39,745 nt of DNA from Pelomyxa schiedti (GCA_020536535.1 JAHLWZ010000945.1:1-39745); one strand, 5' to 3'. Shown: positions 1-10,605, counted from the first letter of the stretch. A program made the numbers and translations. The notes: a model not told the origin generated them from the letters alone.

Positions 1-30
<30 letters not shown>
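1..30 (+). repeat. Terminal poly(dA)30
   Basis: 30 consecutive A at the window start. Confidence 0.98.
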
Positions 31-31
<1 letters not shown>

Positions 32-363
32 ACATACCAGCCTACATAGGCTATCTTAATAGCCACATGTCTTCGCGGAAACAACCTAGGGTCCACGTTC
101 CTACCCTCTTTCTTCTTTTTTTTATCCTCACATCCTTTTGTTGGTGATGAGGAAGTAGAGGTGCTGGCCGGGGCGTGGCGCTCCCCAATTATGGGTTGCG
201 CGTTGTCCTGCGTCTCCGTTGGCGGAGGCGCCGCCACGTTTGAGTTATGGGATGCCACTGGTGTTGGGGTGCTACCGCTGGAGCTCATCACCCGAACCGA
301 TCGCAGGGTTCCTCGAAATCAGAAACTTCTTTGTTTCCCCAAGGGGCCTGTGTAATCAAAAAG

Positions 364-1674
364 ATGACGTCGTACAACAGCGGTGACCTACATCTTACGT
401 TCCGAGGTGTGTTGGACGCGCGGTCTCAATTTGTTGCGTTTGCATGTGGGGCCCTTTTCGTACCGCGCCTGTCTCTGCTTGGCGAACGCGCCGCCGCAAT
501 CAAGGTTCTGCTCGACGCCTGCCAAATCGGGCAAAGGTGGGTCGTCCGGCGCGCGCGCCGCATCGGGCTGGTAATCTGCGGCGCCGAGGCCCAGCTTCTG
601 CAGACTCTGGATTTCTGTCCAGAGTTATTTGTTGGGGTGTCACACACTCTGGGCGTTGTGTGGCACAGGGTGCACCTGTTGAGTGGGGCAGGGTCACGCA
701 CTGCCGGGCTCTGGGGCCATTGCGGTACAGACGTTGGGTGCTACCTCGGGTGTGGCAACTGGATTTCACCTGACAGCCATACTGTGGCTGCCCCAATATT
801 TCTCATGAACGAGGGCAATGGGAGGTTTACTCGCAGAGCGCGTATGCTTGAGAATATTCCCACGTACAATATGAAGAGGCAATTCCAGAGCAATGGAAAG
901 TGGTTGGTGTGCACAGCTGGAAGCGTACGCACAGATTGGCCTTGTATGAGGGTGTGGCGCATCATAGATGGTGTCCCAGATAGCCACTGTGTGGCGCTGG
1001 ACCTTAAGGGCTACCTTCTTTTCAAAGTCAGGTTCCAGACTTGGAGTCATGATGCCGATCATGTGATTGTTCTAGCTTCAGTAAGTCCGTCAGGATGGCA
1101 TGTCCTATCTGTTGATTTGGAAGCAAGCTTTTCCAGTGGTGTATTAGTTCACACAAGGAAGGACATAGTTCCTTCTCCAAGTGGCGTCTCCTTCCTTAGT
1201 GGAGACATCATGCAGTTTCAACCAGAAGGATTTCTCACTCTCCATTTCCAGATTGTGAAAAGGGAACCAAAGGCCACAGTTCTATACAACACACTCACAG
1301 GCGAGTCTGTTGTATTTCCTCACAGTGATTATTCAGACATAATGCTTGTACAACCCTCGTATGTAGTTGCAGAAAGAGATGGGGAGGATGCCTACTATCA
1401 ATACATTTACACCGCCTCTAACTTGAGAGCACCACTGCGAGTGTGCCACCATAGCAAGGAGAGGAGGGTGCTTCCCTCCTTTGGCCTTGTTGAAACCAGA
1501 GGGGAGCGTAGACTTGACTACCATGACATCATAACAGGGGCAGTGCTATTTTCACTGGAAACAACCAAAAACGATTTGCTTGGACAAAGCCTCTCTACCC
1601 ACGGTTTGTTTGTGGTGCAGGAACAAAAGAACCCACGACCACAATCTCCACCTTGGCCCCAAATTGCCCTCTGA
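364..1674 (+). CDS. Uncharacterised QFVA-family protein (about 436 aa, intronless), beta-strand-rich C-terminus
   Basis: Long ORF 247-1674 with the first plausible ATG at 364 (MTSYNSG...). The N-terminal motif LDARSQFVAFACG is shared with other ORFs in the window. The C-terminal half has short alternating hydrophobic strands, suggesting a propeller-like fold (inference). Confidence 0.75.
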   Translation: MTSYNSGDLHLTFRGVLDARSQFVAFACGALFVPRLSLLGERAAAIKVLLDACQIGQRWVVRRARRIGLVICGAEAQLLQTLDFCPELFVGVSHTLGVVWHRVHLLSGAGSRTAGLWGHCGTDVGCYLGCGNWISPDSHTVAAPIFLMNEGNGRFTRRARMLENIPTYNMKRQFQSNGKWLVCTAGSVRTDWPCMRVWRIIDGVPDSHCVALDLKGYLLFKVRFQTWSHDADHVIVLASVSPSGWHVLSVDLEASFSSGVLVHTRKDIVPSPSGVSFLSGDIMQFQPEGFLTLHFQIVKREPKATVLYNTLTGESVVFPHSDYSDIMLVQPSYVVAERDGEDAYYQYIYTASNLRAPLRVCHHSKERRVLPSFGLVETRGERRLDYHDIITGAVLFSLETTKNDLLGQSLSTHGLFVVQEQKNPRPQSPPWPQIAL

Positions 1675-1984
1675 GCAACCCACACAGAAGACTGACACCT
1701 TCTTCTGGGGATTCAGTGACACGTCACCACACCTCCACCAGCAGGGTTGTGCACACACTGTGTGATTCCTCAGTGCTACCCAGCAAAGCAAAGTATACCC
1801 CCAAACTCAAGACTAGAGCGTACTTGTGAAGAATGAACTTCAGCAGCACCACCACAGCCTGTGGAAGAATTCTTCAACTCGCGACCACCTTCACTTTAGT
1901 GACTGCCATCTCATGTGACCATTGAAAAATTTTTTTTTGTTTGTTGGTAGGTCAATTACAAAACCAAATGGGAGTGGGGTATGT

Positions 1985-2895
1985 TTAGAGGGTGTAGAGG
2001 GCACCTGTGAGTGAAATCAGTTGGAAAATGGTGGCGAGCAGTAGCCCTGCTGTTGTCCCATCTTTGAAGTTCACCACAAATGAGTCCTGTAGCTTGGCGG
2101 CACAGCAAGTCATAAGGGTGACACAGAACAAGAAGATTGAGGTGCTCCACAGTGACTGTAAAACAGGGTGTCCACAAATCATGAAGATGTATACCACAGC
2201 CCGCATGAGTAGCATTAGGATTCCACACCCAAGGGCGACAACCCAGGGCCATTTGTAGGCACCAAGAGCATGCACCAGCTTCATGCGCTCTCTATATACA
2301 AATGCCATTGTGGATGCCATAACGCCGCTCCAGGTAAACCAGCCCCGCAATATACTAACGGCTGGAATGCCCACAATAAGTAAGTTAGCTGCAAAAAGCA
2401 TCGCCATCAATACAGAGCCCTCTTTTACAGCACGGTACCTAATCGCCAGGGTTATAAACGTGGCAAACAGTTGTAAAAATAGTACCGCTTCAGTAAGGCA
2501 AATACAAGTACGAAAACGATTGCTTCCGCCACCATAATAATCTCAGTAAGAACGCTGCCTTTGTAAAGGAAGAGAGAAGGCAGGAGTAACAGCGCCAAAC
2601 AAACATAAAGCACTTTCATTGACGTGACCTTGTGGCAGTACATCTACACAAAGAAACATACAGAAAACAAAAAAAAAAAAAAGATGTAAACCAAGCCACG
2701 AGGAGAAAGAGGGGAAAAAAAACCAAAACAAACAAAACAACAAGGAGAAAAAACCACTACATCGCCGGTGCCGCAGATCTCCACACTAAACGTTGTAACA
2801 GCAGGACTATTTGGTGCTGCTGTGGCGGTTGGATCTGCAACCACGTCGACGGTTCCCGCGCCTGCCGTTGCTGGCACCACCACAATCTGTTCCAT
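1985..2895 (-). CDS. Uncharacterised multi-pass membrane protein, spliced (3 exons probable)
   Basis: ORF pieces MEQIVVVPATAG..., MYCHKVTSMKVLYVCLALLL... and ...MAMLFAANLLIVG...GALYTL join through GT-AG introns. One intron maps to 37261-37307 in the mirror copy, giving LLKR|YRAVKEG. Several hydrophobic segments of about 20 aa are present. Confidence 0.7.
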
Positions 2896-3739
2896 TTTTT
2901 TTCTGTTGAATGGTGTTCAGGGTGGAAACAGAAAGAGTGCTGTCAGCAACGCAGGGAATTGTGTCAGACACTCGTTAATTAATTATGTGAGACCAACCAC
3001 ACAAGGTGTTGGGTCCTCTTTATCCCATAATCCCTTTCTTCAGGGAAATTGAGCAGGGAGGCTTTGGGAACGATCCCCCAATGTGGTTTCAATGTACAGC
3101 GCATTGCAGTGATGTAAGATCTATTTTGGCTTTCTCCCAATGTCTCAATGACTCTTGACCATTATTTGGCTTCAAAATCATCAAAAAATACAAACTTGGT
3201 TTTTACTATACACAAAACAGCAGGTTCTTGGTAATCCCACAATCTAATTAATATCTAGCTCCTAGAATCCATCCCCCTTGCGCCAGCCAAAAAAGGCCGT
3301 GTAGCCACGGGAGGCGGGTTCCCCAATGCACTGGATTGGGCTCTGGCGGAATGGGGGTGACGAGCGCTTTTCCCTGGCACCTGGGCTTTGTTTCCCCGAT
3401 ATGTCTGATCGATCGAATCCGAGTGTCGCGTCACCAGTCTCCAGAGGTAGATGCCGCCCAGCGCGCAGACGCGCCGTTCCGGGATGCAGTGATGCAGGGG
3501 TGGTGGGAGGCCCTGCGTTGGGCAAGGCAGCAGAGGATGCCTGGCCCCGGGTCCAATTGGCTGCGCTGTGGACCCTCATTGTTGCTAGTGCCACGAACTC
3601 GCCAGCGCGGAGCAAGGCGAAGGTGTAGCAATGACCAAGAGGCTAAATCGCAACACCAGGAGGTGTTGCCGAAATTGTGGTGGGGGTGTTGTGGCGAGGT
3701 GACTTCGCGTTGCTGTAGTTCTAAGTACGGTTCTAATCA

Positions 3740-3931
3740 CTGATGGATTTCTGGGAAAACTACCGCGAATCTGTTGGGACCCTGAGGGAGATTCAGGCGA
3801 CACCTAGAACTGATTCTAGCGCCTTTATAAGGCGGGAACAACACCATCGTAGTTATAGCGAGCAAAAGCTAAAGTAATAAACAATAAACTCTTGTGTTTG
3901 TATTCGGGCTTCTTTCTCCCTTACTACACAA
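3740..3931 (+). promoter_or_regulatory. Conserved two-block non-coding element upstream of the LRR gene
   Basis: 3740-3773 matches 19650-19683 at 31/34 nt. 3901-3931 matches 19705-19736 with 2 mismatches and 1 gap. Regulatory function is inferred. Confidence 0.45.
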
Positions 3932-4191
3932 GTAAAACAACAACCATCAACACCCCAGCACCTCACAGTGTGGTGGTCACTATCCCAAACCAATCTACCT
4001 CGGCACACCTACAGAATCTAACAAACTCCAACCAAGAGTGGTTGCTGGCACTGATGTGACTGGTTTCCCAGGCAATGTTGTGTTGCACGTGGATGAGATC
4101 GACGCGGGTGTTATTGGCCACGATCTGTAGATCTTCTCATGCTCCCAAAAAGAAAAAAAAAAAAAACAACCAAACAGCCATCGTCACGAAG

Positions 4192-5459
4192 ATGATGACG
4201 GACGCGACGACGACAACGAGTAGTTCGACAACAGCCACATCACCAATGTCGTCGACGACAACGAGCAGCAGCGGCACAGCAACCACAGCAGCGACAGATC
4301 CGCAGCAACAGCCTCAACAACAACAAACTGCAGCGCCGATCGTTTCTTCTGCTTCTTCGTCGTCGCCGGGCGCCGCGGAAATGGCGCTGCGGGAGCCGAT
4401 CGACGGCCGACTCATTCTCGCCAAACGCGACCCGCCTCTTACTTGCGTGCCGAGATCCGTGACCGCCTTCGCGTCCAAGATCACGTTTCTGGAGCTGAGC
4501 CACAACGCAATACGGTGCGGGTTGGAGGCGTCGATACTCAAAATTTAACTTGCAACTTTTGACTCAAAATTAACGAACATGTACTACAAGTGAATTACGA
4601 ATACTTTAGAAAAATATTATTATTATAATATGGTAATAGTTTAACAGTAGTGGAGTAGATTTTAATAACGCACTCTTCTTAGAACGACAGAAAATCTTGA
4701 AGCCTTCACAAATGTGACGGAGCTTATACTCGATGACAACCAATTGACAGAGTGCTCTCATCTCCCAGCCAGCAAGACTCTCAAAGTTCTTTCCCTCAAT
4801 AAAAACCAGGTAATTACCTTTTACGATCCGTATTAGTGCTTAACAATTTTTCAGTTAACTGACTTGGAGGGATTACTTGACGTTGCTGGTGAAAGATTTC
4901 CGCAGTTAACTGGGTTGAGTCTTTTGTACAACCCAATCTGTCCTTATTTTTCAGATGACGAGGATGATTATCGCCGCTACAGGTTCTATCTCTCCAGTCA
5001 AAACCCAAAACCCACATCCCTTAGGCTCCGAATCATCTACCGTCTAAATCGCCTTAAGTACCTCGATTCCAGGCCTGTTTTAGCTGCAGAGCGGAACGAG
5101 GCAGCGACACGAGGGCACCTGTATGTTGTCAGCAAACCCATTGCTCTCTCACCAGTATGTTTTCATATTCCAAGAGTTCATAATTACACTTATGGTGTGC
5201 ATACAAGCCACAAGCAATTGATTCGGAATTATCCGCTTATGACATCAACTCATTGAAACCACTACCTCCTCCAACTCCAATTGACCCAAATGAATTCCCT
5301 GTTCTGTATGCCAAACAAGAATTTGTATGTACCAGCGCCAAGATGTTGCAGTTTAACTTACCGCTACAGGTATACCTTGGCACCAAATCTGAGGGGAACC
5401 GGTTTATTACAAACAAGGACTTGGATCCAACTGCGCGGCCACCAACCAGTGGTAACTAA
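4192..5459 (+). CDS. LRMDA: LRMDA/C10orf11-like leucine-rich repeat protein, 6 exons
   Basis: Introns at 4515-4682, 4810-4854, 4983-5024, 5155-5207 and 5325-5369 give ELSHNAIRTTENLEAFTNVTELILDDNQL...LSLNKNQLTDLEGLLD...LSLLYNPICP...DEDDYRRYRLRIIYRLNRLKYLDSRPV..ERNEA and C-terminal VYLGTKSEGNRFI. These match LRMDA family motifs as I recall them (LILDNN, LNKN.ITDLE.LLD, DY.RYR, LKFLD, YYGK.SEGNRFI). Confidence 0.85.
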
Positions 5460-5611
5460 CAATTAACCACTCACAAATCCTACCGCCAATCCCCATCATC
5501 CACACCACCATGTCAAAATATACCAATTGAAATTTGTATGTTCAACAAAACAATCAATAAAATTCGCAATACTCCCACCACAAAGAACTAGAACTAGAGT
5601 TCCAGCTCCCT

Positions 5612-7606
5612 CTAAGAAGAAGAGGACTCTGTTGTTGTTATTGTTGTTGCTGCCGCGGTGGCGTCTGTTGTTGATGATGACGATGACGTGGTTGCGGAAT
5701 TGTTGTTATTGTTTAGTAGTAATTGCTGTTGTTGTTGGAGTATCTGAGCAGCCTCCTTGTTCGCACGAGACAATAGACACTTGCGGAAAGTTAAGGCACC
5801 TCCGCCTGTGGCTGCGGCCTTTGCGGCGTCCATCAGTGCTGTGTAGAGCTGGCCTACGTCGAGGTGTGACAGGCCCGCGAGAAGCGGCGGGGCGTCGGAT
5901 GATATCCTCTTGTCATTGAATATGTGGTAGTACAGCCGCGTGGCTCCGGCTTCTGAGGCCGCTAGCCACTGCTGAAGCAGCTTCAGCACGTGGTCATTAC
6001 CAAAGGCGCCGCACCTGTGTGTGTTATGGGATGAGCTGTTGGGATAGTTCCATTCTTTCTAGTATATCTAGAATTATAGATATTATAGTCAAACATGTGT
6101 GACGATAATAATTTTAGGTTTTATTATATGGGGTGTTCACATAAATCTGTGACTGACGAATGAGAGAAGTGGAACACACCCCCAATTACCAGTAGCCACT
6201 GTCCGGGAACCGCCAAATGCAACACGGGCTTTGTTCAGGTCACGCAAAACAAGCCCTTCTTGGAATTGTATCTTGGCAAAGCCTTGCAATGCGTCCATTG
6301 CTGCCACTGCTGGAGGAGGCCCAGGGCGCCTGTCATCGTAGTCTCCTTCAAATGTAAAGGAATGGGAGTATCTTTCATATCGATGAGAGCATGGAATAAG
6401 AGATTGGACCATACCCACTGTAGCATGAATACTGCCTAGCACCAGTAATGACAATTGCCTCCTCGTCTTGCATAAAGCTAGATAATGCCATGGATACAAT
6501 TAGTTCTGGTTTAATCGCAAATAATATTTCCTAATGAAGTGATGATGACTTTGTTGTAAAAGGTGTGATGGGAATACCTCCATCATGAAATCGTTTTCAA
6601 GGGCACCTCCACCAATAAATCTATTTGCAAAATCGGCATGTGTCTCTGCAGGGGAATTCTCTATGGATCCGCTGGGTACTATCTCAACAGGACACAGCAA
6701 TTTGGTGCAGCCATCCCATTGCCATGGTGTTGGTACTCCACGTTTAAAGCCACGTCTTTCAAAGGTGACAGAACCATCAGGAATTCCGTGCTGGCCAAGG
6801 CACTTGAAATAATTCAAGAAGCATAACGCAGAGGGTACTGCCTCCCTGTTGAGCGATATTTAGCCCAAATATAAAAGCTCGAGTCAGTACAAGAAGAAAA
6901 GCTGAGCAGCTCGGAAAGCCCACTTCTCCTTGCGCACACAACGGGCTTGAGCGGTGATGGAACCAAATGCACTATGTGCCAGCAGGCAAGCACACTGCCG
7001 GTGGGAGAGAACAACAGTCTTTGAATCCCCAGCAAGTAAGAGCGGTACATCCACACCAGCAAATAATCGTGGCATCTCCAATGCCACCGAAACCATTAAA
7101 GGTGCACCAAACTTCCAGAATGTCTGCACAAAAACATGAGTATAATGGTTTTTTTTTTAATATAGCAAAGGTTGGCAGGGTGAATTACTTATTGTAATTC
7201 ATTCTAGCACTAGTTACCATACAGGGAAATCAAACTGGCCAGCATCAGGTGACCCAGGAATATTCTTGAAGAAGTGACACTTCTGGTCAGTGATAGACAC
7301 AGCCATTTCAGTGATCACAGAGTCCAAGTATGCAGCCCAATCGCACCCACAATTGCAACCCACGCCGACGCCGGCGTCCACATCGCCATAGCCATTCCCG
7401 TTCCCGCCGAGGGCACCCTCGGCGCCAACATCGGCGGGCCCAGGAGTCCCATAAGTCGCAGTGGCGGAGATACAGCGGCAAGGGAGGTGCTCCAGAAACA
7501 CACGTCGTGTTCTCTCCCAGTTTGGGGTGTCCTCGCAAGGCAAGATCAACCGCCACGACCCCCCTGACGACGTTGTTGCTGTTGTCGACGGTGCCGTTGC
7601 AGACAT
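5612..7606 (-). CDS. PARG: Poly(ADP-ribose) glycohydrolase, multi-exon
   Basis: The spliced product contains VPLLLAG...QCACLLAHSAF, VTFERR, DFANRFIGGG-ALENDFM-MEEILFAIKPEL, AIVITGARQYSCYSGY, AMDAL, RDLNKA and VATGNWGCGAFGND..LKLLQQWLAAS. These are the canonical PARG motifs in order. Confidence 0.93.
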
Positions 7607-7855
7607 CTACAGTGTCAACTCCGCGCTCAAAAAAAAAACCGAAATTTTTGCGATTTACAGTCGCGTCAACGGTTTCGAAAACAGCGTGGCTGTAGGGGAT
7701 TTCATGATGACTTGGTACAAAACTCGAAGCCCTGCCTGTAAACCGCAACTTTCTCTGGGAAACCCAAAGGACCCATTGTATTGAACTACACGATGTCTTC
7801 TTTGGATTGTAGACTTGTGGGACATGTTTTTTTCCCTTGTGGTGGGGCAGGGGTG

Positions 7856-9977
7856 TCATGGACACTTGGAGTTTACCACTGAGGCTCCTTTCTCCAGATA
7901 CTCTGGTTAGAAAGCTGGTTATTGCCGCGTTTGTGTGGGTGAAGAAAAACAAACCTTGTGAGGATATCCACATTGGAACAAAAGATTCCAGGGAGGCTAG
8001 AATTGACCCTCCTATGAACACACTGAATTTACGCTCGAGAGGTCCCGGCGCAATGAACCTATTGCCTTTGCTTGCCTGCGAATTTTGTTTGTTGTGGGGT
8101 TGGGAAATGTCAGTGGCCAGGAGATTCACTGGTTGCATACAGGTAAAATACTGGACACTTCTGAATTGAGCCGGTCTACAAGTCCTGGGAAAATACTAGA
8201 TCCTCCAGTAATAAGAACATTTTGTTGCATAAGTGCACGTGCATCAGTGTCACACCTGCCAAAGCTTTAAGAAAATCCAGCATAAAACTAAATAAAGAAC
8301 CTGGTTAAACTGGCTTTGACCATTTCCGGCAATGGTGTGGAATTAGGTGGTGGTGCCAATTCCTTCATCCGGATTTATCAAAAGGTAGATCCTGGAGAAA
8401 GCAAACCTTGAAAAGTGTGGGATTGAACAGTAACTCAGGAATAGCGGTTTGCTCCAGAGGCAATTCCACGCATTGTCCGTCGGGAAGCTCATATCTGGGT
8501 GCAGTTCCTCCAACTGGAATAACGGCTTTTCTAATATGTGTTGTTAAATTGTACTTTAGTCATTTAAGGAACACACAAGTCTTTTATCGGAGAACTGGCA
8601 ACTTGGCAAAGACTTTCTTTCATATCATCAACAATTCCCTTTTGGTTGATTAATAAATACCTCAGAAAAAATCATGCTTACTTTGATCATGAAGTTCTTG
8701 TAAGACTGAGTGTGAGGAACCTCTCTGAGACTCACTCTAAATTCACCAGGCCCCACTTCACTTTTCGTGAACAAAAATTGTGGTGTCACTGAAATTCCCC
8801 GTTGTTGAAGTGCACTTGTGAGTGTATTTGTCAGCCACTGGCCGCCGATCCCTGAGGTTACCACTCCTATTTTTCAAGAAAAGATTTTTTTGGGAGAGAG
8901 AAAAAAAAGGGAGGATTGAAGAGAGACTGTAGGTTTCTGTTAATTGTAGTGGTGCATCTGGGGAAATACCTCTATTGAGGACATAGCCTTCATAAACTGG
9001 AGTAACAACAGTGGAAGACCCACCACAGTCCACAATAAGTGAAGTAGGTTTTCCAGCAGAAAAACTTTGAGGAGAAACCAAAAAATTAAAAAAAAAAAAA
9101 ACAAAAAGTAATTGGAAGTTTGGAATTTACCTGGACAGGACAGCGGTTTTGGCAAGGAAAAAGGCAGGAGTTTTAAAATGTTCGAAAATGAGTTGAGTTG
9201 TCCGTTCTCTTCAGGCAGAAATCGATATTTTAAATTCCATTCTGGGAAAGAAAAAGTAACCTGTGAAGTTTTGTTGTGTATGAAGGTTCAGAGAGCAATA
9301 TTGGATGTTCTGAAGGAACAAGCATCAATCTGTCTTTGAGGACATGCTCCCAGACTTGTTCTATTGCCTCCCACTCGTGCACTGGTCTTTTTGTTTAGTA
9401 ATGCAGTACTAATACACGAAAACAATGGACAGTACCTAAGCCATGTCTCAGAGGCTCAACAATTTCCATGGTATCCCGCCTAATAATAACAATGTGAGCA
9501 GTAAAACAAAATGACCTGGAAATGTACCTTAAAGCAAGAGCATTGGAACCAACCAACCACGTTTTTTGTTTCTCTGTGGAAGTGGATGTACCGGAATCCA
9601 GGGAAAGTGGAGGGGGGCCAGCAATTAACCCAACACTCTGCATAAGTGTGTGTTAGGTGGGTAGAAATCGTTTTCTATGTTAACTTTCACCTGTTTAAAA
9701 ACTTACTCTAATATTGAAGTTCAAAAACGGGGAAAAATATAGAAATATTATATAATTGTCTCCCACAATACCGTTGGAAAAACAGCCTTTGGAATGTCGT
9801 CCCCTGCGCATCCTCCCCTTTGGTGGGGTTAAAGACCAATAATGGGATGTCAAAAATGAGTTGATACTTTGTGGACACGGAACCAACGTCAATCACCGCC
9901 GCGTTCACATCTGTTGTGTGCGTGCGTGTTAGCAATCGACCCATAAGTGCGAGAAAGAGCCACACACCACCGTGCAT
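7856..9977 (-). CDS. ARP4: Actin-related protein 4 (BAF53/ACTL6-like), many short introns
   Basis: Exons give AAVIDVGSVSTK|GGCAGDDIPKAVFPT, EQVWEHVL, EHPILLSEP, LIFEHFKTPAFFLAK, LIVDCGGSSTVVTPVYEGYVL, ELPDG, NVLITGGSS.FPGL.DRL and ERKFSVFIGGSILASL...WIS..EY.EKG...KCP*. The GGSILASL motif and terminal KCP fit ARP4 rather than conventional actin. Confidence 0.88.
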
Positions 9978-10062
9978 TTGAGACGAATGGGTGTCGCTTG
10001 CCCAGCGTAATGCTACACAAATTTTGATCCAAATCCTTTTCACGGATTCATCATTGCAGAGT

Positions 10063-10605
10063 TTCTCAGGTACTCCTCCTGGGAATTGGTCCCGTTGGGG
10101 ATTCCAAGCACAATACTCCCAGACCCCTCTGCCTCCGCGCAGTTCGAATCAATAGTGGTCAAAAAACAACCACGACATCTGTTGCCGAAAAACGAGGTAA
10201 CAACAGTGAAGACGTCGCGAATTATGGGACTGCCACTGCTGCTTCCCCCGACCACGCTGTTGTTGTTGTTGTTGTGGCAGATGCAGTCCTGCGAGACAGA
10301 GAAAGAGGCTGCAACAAAATCACCAGAAACGAAACGACGCAGGACCGCATCTGCGTCATTTGGGGTTACGGCAGTTCTGCCACAAGATAACCCCAAGTCA
10401 TTGAGGAGTGGAACAGCAGTGGGATCACTCCACTGCATTAATAATAATTCACCCCCCTCAGTTCTCATCATCATCATCTGAGTGGTGTGACAAAAGCACT
10501 TCTGCCTGTGGCCTTGGATACTGTTACGCACACGGTATTGGCGTTGAAGGATCTCACAAGACAGCGGCATTGTGCAGGCTGCCGGTGATAAAAACTGGCT
10601 GTGTG
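10063..10605 (+). pseudogene. Scrambled relic of the Sel1/QFVA divergent locus
   Basis: Four diverged blocks: 10063-10146 ~ 16478-16559(+); 10221-10345 ~ 16214-16322(-); 10395-10491 ~ 15473-15585(-); 10497-10605 ~ a Sel1 repeat such as 14523-14657(-). It encodes fragments LPDPSASAQFE, EAATKSPETKR and SACGLGYCYAHGIGVE, with no intact gene. Confidence 0.8.

Noticed and set aside
247-363. N-terminal extension of the 475-aa ORF from TTG/ATG at 247-250
   Set aside because: The family motif lies about 20 aa after the ATG at 364, similar to the other paralogues. The extension looks like open UTR, though it is not excluded.
3741-3785. Box C/D snoRNA (TGATGG...CTGA; also TGATGT...CTGA at 19651-19692)
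   Set aside because: Box C deviates from RUGAUGA, the span is only about 45 nt, there is no terminal stem, and I recognised no rRNA-complementary guide.
5625-5700. (TTG)n/(TGA)n microsatellites here and at about 10255, 15390 and 16190
   Set aside because: These are short trinucleotide runs encoding poly-T/N/S/Q tracts in disordered protein regions, which is ordinary for amoeboid protist genes.
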